IMG/VR virus record: IMGVR_UViG_3300026196_000018
Location: 1-30,947 of that record
DNA: 30,947 nucleotides
DNA from: a virus
Lineage: Duplodnaviria > Caudoviricetes
Strand: one strand, 5' to 3'
Made by a program: the position numbers and the translations under genes. Below, piece after piece: positions 1 through 6,273 of the stretch. Under the pieces are notes generated by a model. That model did no database searches. It was not told the origin of the DNA and saw only the letters and a program-made list of their open reading frames with translations. Position 1 is the first letter of the stretch. Each line of letters starts with the position of its first letter.

Positions 1-1
1 G

Positions 2-184
2 GAGCGCATGGTCAAGCGTGCAATGGATGCCCGGCGGTCAATGGTGCCTCATGTCCGGAAGCGGGAACGGCCCCGAACGGTCTATGACAATCCAATGCCG
101 CGCGGGTCGGCGCGTGCCCCTTGGGACTATAATGGGGTTACGGCCGGCGTCCAGCATCGCAAGGGCTGTGTGCGCTACGTCTGA
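2..184 (+). CDS. hypothetical early protein, probably 5'-truncated by the window edge
   Basis: Open frame from base 2 to TGA at 182-184 (ERMVKRAMDARRSMVPHVRKRERPRTVYDNPMPRG...VRYV*); no recognisable motif. Confidence 0.45.
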   Translation, partial: ERMVKRAMDARRSMVPHVRKRERPRTVYDNPMPRGSARAPWDYNGVTAGVQHRKGCVRYV

Positions 185-585
185 ACCAGACGGTTAATAG
201 GTCAATGCGGCCTATTATCCGCCTGCTTCGGCAGGTTTGAAAATTCGATTTCCTGCGGTGCGTCCTATGGGGCTTATGCCTCGGGACGGTAAATCCGAGC
301 AACGGGTGTAGCTTATCCCGTTGTGCAATGTCTAGTAGCCTGCGGAACGGGCTCTATGGGTTTCATTAGCCCATATCCCGGACGAAACAAGTGAAGAAAG
401 GGCGTATAGCGTACAGTCTGACTGCCTAGGGTAGCGGATAGTTAGCCGCGGCCTCATGTCGTGACGGACCCGAATGGGACGGCACATGCGGCATGTAGCT
501 TCGCAGTCTGCCTCTCTCTGAACAGGCAATGGCGCCAGGGAATTGATACAGCGCCTTTCTTGGTAAATGTGAGCCATTGGTGCAT
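185..585 (+). ncRNA. candidate structured non-coding RNA 1 (family unknown)
   Basis: No credible ORF. Stems read by eye: 195-201/211-217; 222-235 CCUGC-UUCG-GCAGG; 261-266/283-288 with 269-273/278-282; 299-306/317-324; 338-342/348-352; 355-362/368-375; 394-401/554-561 enclosing 420-425/503-508, 434-437/446-449, 457-462/479-484 and 509-513/524-528. Confidence 0.6.
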
Positions 586-1258
586 CCTTGCTAAGTCAGA
601 AGGAGACGCACTATGGCGAAAGAGATCACATTCGACTATGCGCTCAAGCAGTTCAAGAGCGCGACGACTTCGAGCATGAAGTATGCGCGGATCTGCGCCG
701 AAATGGCGCTCCGGGAGTTTGCCGACAGCGGCAATCTTTCTCAGTGCCAGCAGTTTCTCGATGCCATGCCGAAGAACTACACCCGCAAGGCGGCGTTCGT
801 TCAATGGGTCGTCGATCACTCGCCTCTGCTGCTCGCCGACGGCAAGTTTCAGAAGGACAAGAGCGATACCGCCAACAAGCTGAACATCGACGGCGCGATG
901 ACCAAGCCTTTCTGGGATTACGTCCCGGAGAAGCCCATCATCAACTATAGCGCCAAGGATGTCATCGAGGCGTTGGAGCGTACCATCAAGCGCTTCGACA
1001 ACTCGAAGAAGATGCATCCGGCGACCGACGATGCCGTGGCCACGCTGGCCCGTGTCAAGGCCGCCATCCACGGCGTCGAGGTCGTGACCAAGCCCGACGT
1101 TACGCAGCCGGTCAATGCCGGTAAGACGGAAGCCAAAGGCGAGCAGGTCGGCGTGATCGACTACCGCGCCGACGACTCGCTGGTGGCCTAGGCCGTCACC
1201 TAGGGGATAGCGCTACCTAACATTCATTGCATCAATGGCTCTCACTTGCCAAGAAAGG
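554..1258. repeat. 31-nt imperfect inverted repeat (arms 554-584 and 1228-1258) flanking the 613-1191 gene
   Basis: cctttcttggtaaatgtgagccattggtgca vs tgcatcaatggctctcacttgccaagaaagg: 27 Watson-Crick pairs, 2 G-U, 2 mismatches, no gaps. Confidence 0.9.
613..1191 (+). CDS. conserved-looking phage early protein of unknown function, 192 aa
   Basis: AAGGAG SD before ATG 613; very strong C/G third-position bias. The pattern G(N/D)...L.AMP...R.AA...W.....P(F/W)W...PE resembles, from memory, a widespread uncharacterised podophage early-protein family. Confidence 0.85.
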   Translation: MAKEITFDYALKQFKSATTSSMKYARICAEMALREFADSGNLSQCQQFLDAMPKNYTRKAAFVQWVVDHSPLLLADGKFQKDKSDTANKLNIDGAMTKPFWDYVPEKPIINYSAKDVIEALERTIKRFDNSKKMHPATDDAVATLARVKAAIHGVEVVTKPDVTQPVNAGKTEAKGEQVGVIDYRADDSLVA

Positions 1259-1690
1259 GCACGTATAGAAGCGGCGATATGGGACCAGTAAAATGGCATC
1301 CTCCGATGCGTGCCCTTAAAAGGCCAGCCTTGGAGCGCCTATAGCGGTGGTCCGAAACACCAGCTTCGGCAGGGTCCAGGGATCACCTTCCCGTGAAACG
1401 CCATGTTGACGTGGATCGGGAAGGCCGATACAAAATCACGTTGGACGTTGGATGCAGGCTCGTGCGGAGGTCCAACCTGTATGAGCACCGACGGGAAAGG
1501 GCATAATGGAGCCGCGGTCCTAAATGCCTGAAATGGGATGCGCTGAGTGCAGTGAGTCCCCCTACGTGTGGCTCCGCCTCGCCCGAAAGGAGAGGATCGC
1601 GCGAGCGTCTAGAGTGGGAGAAGCTCGACGTAAAAGTGTAGCACAGTAATGCGCGGCTGCACGGAGCCGTTCCAATTCTCACAAACGGAG
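1228..1690 (+). ncRNA. candidate structured non-coding RNA 2 (family unknown)
   Basis: No credible ORF. Stems: 1255-1266/1306-1317; 1328-1334/1375-1381; 1386-1393/1417-1424; 1439-1444/1488-1493 enclosing a pseudoknot; 1508-1516/1567-1575; 1577-1580/1592-1595; 1602-1606/1623-1627; 1636-1642/1656-1662; 1667-1671/1684-1688. Many GAAA/UUCG-type loops. Confidence 0.65.
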
Positions 1691-1696
1691 GCGGAT

Positions 1697-1888
1697 ATGG
1701 CGCTACATTCAGTTCGGGAGAAGGGAAGTCTTCGTATCGAAATGCACACTGACGGCAATATAGTGCTTGCTCGCCTCGGTATTGAGGGGCGGATCATCAA
1801 TGCCGTCACGCTTCATGAAAGGGACCGTCGCTTCGTCGCCCACGTCCTGCTCGCCTGCGCCGACCTCGTCGTGCTCAACAGGCTATAG
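1697..1888 (+). CDS. hypothetical protein, 63 aa
   Basis: GGAGG SD then ATG 1697, in frame with listed ORF 1649..1888. Confidence 0.65.
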   Translation: MALHSVREKGSLRIEMHTDGNIVLARLGIEGRIINAVTLHERDRRFVAHVLLACADLVVLNRL

Positions 1889-1898
1889 CGGAACTGCA

Positions 1899-1982
1899 CT
1901 ATTCGAAATCGAACGCGTAGCGCAGAGACCGGGATGGGTTGCTTGGGGCAATGAGACAGACAAATTCGCAGAGTCGGCATGA
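1899..1982 (+). pseudogene. C-terminal remnant resembling an MT-A70-family adenine methyltransferase
   Basis: LFEIERVAQRPGWVAWGNETDKF matches the LF(AR)..RPGW..WGNE..KF end typical of MT-A70 proteins; no DPPW-containing upstream part and no start with an SD. Confidence 0.5.
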
Positions 1983-2103
1983 CCAGAGGAGCTTTAGCAT
2001 GAGCCAATTGGAGTGTTGGGCTTTACGCGGAGCGGCACAAGTCGCTGCCAAACAGATCGGAAATCGCTTTGACAAGCTGATCGCTTTGGAGCGGGAGGAA
2101 ACG

Positions 2104-2259
2104 ATGAGCGATATTGTGGAGCGGCTGCGGGATAAAAGGCATCTACGCGATAAAAATATTTGGCGTCCCACAGCACAAGAAGCTGCCGACACCATCGAGC
2201 GCCTGCAAGCCGAGGTAGAGCGGCTGAAGGGCGAGGTAGAGCGGCTGACCGAATTGTGA
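2104..2259 (+). CDS. small coiled-coil phage protein (MSDIVERLR...EAADTIERL type); possible alternative in-frame start at 1999
   Basis: GGAGG SD before ATG 2104; heptad repeats; common small phage protein pattern. Confidence 0.75.
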   Translation: MSDIVERLRDKRHLRDKNIWRPTAQEAADTIERLQAEVERLKGEVERLTEL

Positions 2260-2275
2260 TGGAGGAGGCTCAGTC

Positions 2276-2458
2276 GTGACATTCCTAGAATTGCTTCAGT
2301 GGTATTATGAGTGGTACACAGCAACACCTTTGCGAATGATTTTTTTATTATCTCTAATTGTTTGGGCGATCTGGGCGGGAATAATTATTTGGTATTGTGA
2401 GCGATGCGGTAATTGTCTGATTGATGCCCGAGCGCGGCGAACGGGGAGGAAACGATGA
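2276..2458 (+). CDS. small AT-rich membrane protein
   Basis: GGAGG upstream of GTG; one hydrophobic segment (IFLLSLIVWAIWAGIIIWY); CxxCxxC near the C-terminus. Confidence 0.6.
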   Translation: MTFLELLQWYYEWYTATPLRMIFLLSLIVWAIWAGIIIWYCERCGNCLIDARARRTGRKR

Positions 2459-2718
2459 GCGATGGCAAGATCGAGGCTCCCGAGAAAATGCCTCGCCCTG
2501 AGAAGGGAAATCTTCGCAATATCAAGGAGATACTCGATGAGTATCGCGGACCAAAGGATCAGACACCTGTGCGTGACAGTGCTGATAACGCTCATAGCGT
2601 ACAGCCCAGGCCCGGCTGGCCACTTCTTGCGACCGTGGATGGCCTCGCCACTGAGGATTTTCAGCGAGTCCGCATGGTTTGCGGTGTGCCAGTGGCACTG
2701 GTGAAAGGGTTTGAGTGA
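2455..2718 (+). CDS. hypothetical protein, 87 aa
   Basis: SD plus ATGA overlap with the previous stop. Confidence 0.65.
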   Translation: MSDGKIEAPEKMPRPEKGNLRNIKEILDEYRGPKDQTPVRDSADNAHSVQPRPGWPLLATVDGLATEDFQRVRMVCGVPVALVKGFE

Positions 2719-2900
2719 TGGGTGACACAGCGATCCGGGTGCTCCAGCATCGCAACGCAGTGCTGCGCGATGCGCTTCAACTAATTCTCGGTTGGGTAAA
2801 TGTTGAGGCATTGCCAAAACACGAGCGACCCGCAGCGGAGCACGCCATACGTACGGCTCAACAGGTACTTATCGAGGACGACGACGATGCGGCATCCTGA
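2715..2900 (+). CDS. hypothetical protein, ~60 aa
   Basis: Overlapping stop/start coupling; helical phage-like sequence. Confidence 0.6.
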   Translation: MMGDTAIRVLQHRNAVLRDALQLILGWVNVEALPKHERPAAEHAIRTAQQVLIEDDDDAAS

Positions 2901-3213
2901 AATCGGAAGGGCTGTGCGCTGCGGGTGCTGCCATATCTGCAACGAACGGAATGTTGAAGTGGCCCGGGGACGATGGCTGCCCTCGGGTTCCTGCCTCTAC
3001 GGTGGTCCGTTCCTGGGCTACCGCCTCCCCAATGGAACTAACGAGCGAGTGAACCATGAACAAAGTAATAAAGACTCGGCTGGCATTGGTGGTCGCCACG
3101 CTAGCGACGATGGGCATGTTCCTCGCAATGAACGAACCGAAAGTAGCGAGTGCAGTTGTCGTAGGACTGGTCATATTTGTGGCCGTTTTCCTGGCTGCAA
3201 AAGCATTCGCTGA
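2887..3213 (+). CDS. possible small Cys-rich protein (CGCCHIC...CLYGGPF)
   Basis: ATG 2887 after GAGGA fills the gap 2900-3056, but the frame overlaps the next gene by ~160 bp. Confidence 0.35.
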   Translation: MRHPEIGRAVRCGCCHICNERNVEVARGRWLPSGSCLYGGPFLGYRLPNGTNERVNHEQSNKDSAGIGGRHASDDGHVPRNERTESSECSCRRTGHICGRFPGCKSIR

Positions 3214-3250
3214 TGCATACATGGAGGATGGCGATGGCGAAGGACAATAG
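3056..3250 (+). CDS. small two-TM membrane protein
   Basis: Two hydrophobic stretches, basic N-terminus, acidic C-terminus. Confidence 0.65.
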   Translation: MNKVIKTRLALVVATLATMGMFLAMNEPKVASAVVVGLVIFVAVFLAAKAFADAYMEDGDGEGQ

Positions 3251-3587
3251 CGGAGGGATCACCGCCGGCGAGCTGATACAGGCGCTCAAGACTGTGCCGT
3301 GGAACCATAAGGTGATGCTGTCGGAAGGCGATGCGATCCTCATGGAGATCACGTCATGTTACCACGATGACGCTAACGAGATTGCCTATCTCGACGTGGT
3401 GTTCCTTGACGAGGACGAGGACGATAAGCTGGCCGAAGACTTTGACTTGGCGACGGCCCTCCCGGCGCGTCCCCCGAAGAAGGATGGCCGGTCCGAAGAG
3501 CCGGAAGGCGAGGTCGAAATATTGGACGGTGATATTCACAGAGGGCTGGGTTCTGCCTACCAATCCCTCATGCACCGGAGGATGTGA
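3234..3587 (+). CDS. acidic hypothetical phage protein (T.GELIQAL..P type)
   Basis: GGAGG SD before ATG 3234; common phage N-terminal pattern. Confidence 0.7.
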   Translation: MAKDNSGGITAGELIQALKTVPWNHKVMLSEGDAILMEITSCYHDDANEIAYLDVVFLDEDEDDKLAEDFDLATALPARPPKKDGRSEEPEGEVEILDGDIHRGLGSAYQSLMHRRM

Positions 3588-3588
3588 T

Positions 3589-3741
3589 ATGCGTACTAAC
3601 CACTGGTCAGTCGCCAGTGTCATGCCGCGCGGTGGCTGGTCCGTCTTCATTAAATGGGGCCTGCTAATCTACTTCGGACAAGCACTACTTGGTGTAGTCA
3701 GCGGCGTGGTTGTAGGTCTCAAGATAACGGGAGTATTGTGA
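3589..3741 (+). CDS. small membrane protein, 50 aa
   Basis: GGAGG SD; hydrophobic C-terminal segment. Confidence 0.55.
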   Translation: MRTNHWSVASVMPRGGWSVFIKWGLLIYFGQALLGVVSGVVVGLKITGVL

Positions 3742-4133
3742 TGAAGAAAGCAGACATACTGAATGAGGCAACGGCTGCCTTAATTGCGAAGCTACAGAAC
3801 GCCGGCGTAACCATCGTATATGGTTTCGAGAAAGCCCTACGGAATTTTCTCGATGAACGCCTCACCGTACAGGTGGAGATCGTCGGCCTGCCGGAGGGCA
3901 AAAAGACACGACGTAGGCGCAAGAAACACCGTGTCGAATTGGTCGACGTTCTCGAAGTTCTCAATGCCCTCAATCTAGGCTATACCTATATGGCCGTACA
4001 GAAAGCCACCGGCTGGTCCAACGCTACGCTCTATAGAATAGCGGATGGTGAGTTTAACCATCAGCTAAGCGATGAGATGCTTGTGCAGCTAGCACGGGGC
4101 ATTTTTCCCATACACAACAAGTACAAGAAGTGA
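3741..4133 (+). CDS. helix-turn-helix DNA-binding protein
   Basis: YTYMAVQKATGWSNATLYRIA is an HTH pattern; basic patch KKTRRRRKKHR; TGATG coupling. Confidence 0.7.
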   Translation: MKKADILNEATAALIAKLQNAGVTIVYGFEKALRNFLDERLTVQVEIVGLPEGKKTRRRRKKHRVELVDVLEVLNALNLGYTYMAVQKATGWSNATLYRIADGEFNHQLSDEMLVQLARGIFPIHNKYKK

Positions 4134-4136
4134 CCG

Positions 4137-4379
4137 ATGCCTACCATTTCATTTACGCAGGCTGAAATGGCCTTGGCAGCCGACGCCTTACGAGCGGAGG
4201 CTCGGACTAGGCAAGATGAGGCCACCAGTAATCCATCTTGGTCCGTGCCCGAACACAATCGCCGCCTCTTACTGGCCGAAGCTCGATTGCTGCTGTCCAT
4301 CGCCGATCGCTTAGGACAGAGAGCGAACGAGCCTATCCCGGGTCCGAGTAAGATGCACTCTCAACTGTCAAAATACTAG
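4137..4379 (+). CDS. hypothetical protein, 80 aa
   Basis: Tightly packed ORF in the operon. Confidence 0.55.
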   Translation: MPTISFTQAEMALAADALRAEARTRQDEATSNPSWSVPEHNRRLLLAEARLLLSIADRLGQRANEPIPGPSKMHSQLSKY

Positions 4380-4387
4380 GAGGTCTT

Positions 4388-5599
4388 ATGGCACTCATGC
4401 CTCAGCGTGTACCAATGAATGACGGCCATCGTCATTCCTATAATCGTCCACCTAGTAGTCATCCTCGCAATCGTGTCTGCATCCATTGTGGCATCTCGCA
4501 GGTTATTATTGAGCGAGTCCGGAAAGACAAGCGGAGAGAAGCGGCGGTCGGCAATAATATCCGGGAAAAATTCCCCGAGCCCAAACGGACGCCAGCTCCT
4601 CGCCAAAAACATTTACTCCCAGCAGAGATCAATGCATGGGTGGAGTGGAAGCGTAAGACTTGGGGACGAGCGGCCTTAAAGTCTAACGTCAACATGGGCA
4701 TCATCATGGAGGAGACAGACGGATCGCTTACCTGCTACACGATGGAGGGCAACGGTTGTTATGGGTCGATCGGCACTCTCTTTCGGCACCCTTACTATCA
4801 GGGAGATTTCTACGATCCGCAACTGGGCAAGTACGCCAAAAAGAAAACGATTGCCAAAAGCATCGTCGCCTACCTCGATAACAGCCATGGCAATGCTTTC
4901 AATCGAGGTCGCGGGGGTCACAGTAAGATCGTCCAGGCGTATCTGAATTGGCTCATCAATCGAAGCCCGTATCGGCACGCCTTCTTGACCAAGCAGGTGA
5001 AAGACATTTCTCCCGGTGCCTGCCTAATGAACCTACGAATGTCAGCGCAGTATCTCGTTAGTGCCGGCACGTTACTACGCGCCGTTCAAGAGCGTCGACC
5101 TTTCGTTGGTGCTTGGTACCACTGGCGCCAGGTGGTGAACGAGGATCTGGCTGCCATCTTGGCACAGATTTACTCGGTTGCTTGGAATAGCCGAGGCCAA
5201 CTGCCCAACTTCACCGACATGGAGAAACACCCTTCCATAATTTTTCCAGCTACTAATAGCTGGAACAGTGGCCATGCCACATTCAGCGCCGATCTGAAAC
5301 TCGAAGGTATCCAACGGTACCTTCGTACCGATCTGGAACTCGAATTGACAAAAGAAAGCATCCTTAAGAATGCAACTTTCTACGGAAGGATGACCTCTTG
5401 GATTAACCGCGGGACAGTCAGTGGAGTTCGGCGAGCCATGACCAAGCAGGGCACTGATGTGTGGTTCAATGCAGGTCAGAAAGCCTCGAATGATCCATTC
5501 TTTTCCATTTATGGCTCAAACAAGTTGGACATGTCGATGAAGGAGGTCGCCGACGAGTTCGTCAAGAAGAATAGATTGGAGGAGTACGTGTCAGCATGA
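4388..5599 (+). CDS. hypothetical protein, 403 aa, first gene of the ligase cluster
   Basis: AGGAGG SD; N-terminal HxH...CxxCG putative metal site; ATGA-coupled to the amidotransferase. Confidence 0.8.
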   Translation: MALMPQRVPMNDGHRHSYNRPPSSHPRNRVCIHCGISQVIIERVRKDKRREAAVGNNIREKFPEPKRTPAPRQKHLLPAEINAWVEWKRKTWGRAALKSNVNMGIIMEETDGSLTCYTMEGNGCYGSIGTLFRHPYYQGDFYDPQLGKYAKKKTIAKSIVAYLDNSHGNAFNRGRGGHSKIVQAYLNWLINRSPYRHAFLTKQVKDISPGACLMNLRMSAQYLVSAGTLLRAVQERRPFVGAWYHWRQVVNEDLAAILAQIYSVAWNSRGQLPNFTDMEKHPSIIFPATNSWNSGHATFSADLKLEGIQRYLRTDLELELTKESILKNATFYGRMTSWINRGTVSGVRRAMTKQGTDVWFNAGQKASNDPFFSIYGSNKLDMSMKEVADEFVKKNRLEEYVSA

Positions 5600-6270
5600 A
5601 GGAACGCAGAAAGGTAGCAATCATCTCGTCCAGTCCGGATGTGGTACGGTTATTCCGTCGTTATGGCTGGTCAGTCGTCCACAATATCGCCGATGCTGAT
5701 CTCGTTCAGTTAACCGGCGGTGCCGACGTTCACCCTAGGTTATACGGTGAGCCTCCACTTCCGAACAATTCCTGGGTCAACGAGGATCGGGATGCTCGGG
5801 AAGTTCTCGTTATCAAACAAGCACTTAAGATGGGTAAGCCGCTCGCCGGCATTTGTCGTGGCGGGCAGCTCCTCAATGTGCTGTTCGGTGGCGGAATGTG
5901 GCAGGACATCGACGGCCACATGGGTGCCGGTACTCACGAGGCTTGGGATACTCGAACGGGGGAGACATTCCAAGTTACTTCCACTCACCACCAGATGATG
6001 CGGCCACCGGAGGGAGCCGAGACAATAATTGTATCCCGTGTCAGCACGAAGAAGCAACGCATGTCCAAGGTTGGGCGCCCTCCGATGATGGTGTTCGATA
6101 CCGAGACACCAGATATTGAAGCGGTCTGGTTCCCAGCCCAGCGTGCGTGGTGCTTCCAACCGCACCCGGAGTATGCCGGATTTGAAGGATTATCCCGGCG
6201 TTACTTCGAGTACATTGAGGACTTCATCTTCAACAATGAGCGTGAAGTCGAACTGACTGCTGGAGAATAG
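5596..6270 (+). CDS. class I glutamine amidotransferase-like / peptidase C26 (gamma-glutamyl hydrolase-like)
   Basis: TGGADVHP, GICRG (nucleophile Cys), HHQ and FQPHPE (His-x-Glu) motifs. Confidence 0.92.
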   Translation: MKERRKVAIISSSPDVVRLFRRYGWSVVHNIADADLVQLTGGADVHPRLYGEPPLPNNSWVNEDRDAREVLVIKQALKMGKPLAGICRGGQLLNVLFGGGMWQDIDGHMGAGTHEAWDTRTGETFQVTSTHHQMMRPPEGAETIIVSRVSTKKQRMSKVGRPPMMVFDTETPDIEAVWFPAQRAWCFQPHPEYAGFEGLSRRYFEYIEDFIFNNEREVELTAGE

Positions 6271-6273
6271 CGC

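Larger units (their letters stand above)
2093..2463 (+). repeat. 20-bp direct repeat gggaggaaacgatgagcgat (2093-2112 and 2444-2463)
   Basis: Exact match covering SD, start codon and first codons of two different genes. Confidence 0.9.

Noticed and set aside
283-303. acggtaaatccgagcaa resembling part of RNase P RNA
   Set aside because: Universal GAGGAAAGUCC and the 3' P4 partner are absent
378-390. ggacgaaac hammerhead-like motif
   Set aside because: No CUGANGA core at a suitable position
405-430. gcgtacagtctgact resembling a group I intron S element
   Set aside because: No matching R element/P7 partner upstream and no interrupted gene
454-1071. 205-aa minus-strand ORF and similar long antisense ORFs elsewhere
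   Set aside because: Shadows of strongly GC3-biased sense genes; no SD or protein-like motifs
1504-1530. taatggagcc...ggtcctaa twister-like motif
   Set aside because: The required P2 and pseudoknot partners are missing; the segment pairs better with 1567-1575
258-1597. Group II intron reading: GUGCG at 258, ORF in a long stem, GAGCCGC...ACGUGUGGCUC (1509-1574) like domain V, hairpin with an unpaired A 7 nt before AU (1597)
   Set aside because: The domain V-like stem encloses ~50 nt rather than a 34-nt hairpin, ~250 nt separate it from the ORF stem, there are no flanking exons, and the ORF is not an RT or endonuclease
1191-1690. tmRNA or tRNA genes
   Set aside because: No acceptor stem, T-arm GUUCRA or CCA end found despite the pseudoknot
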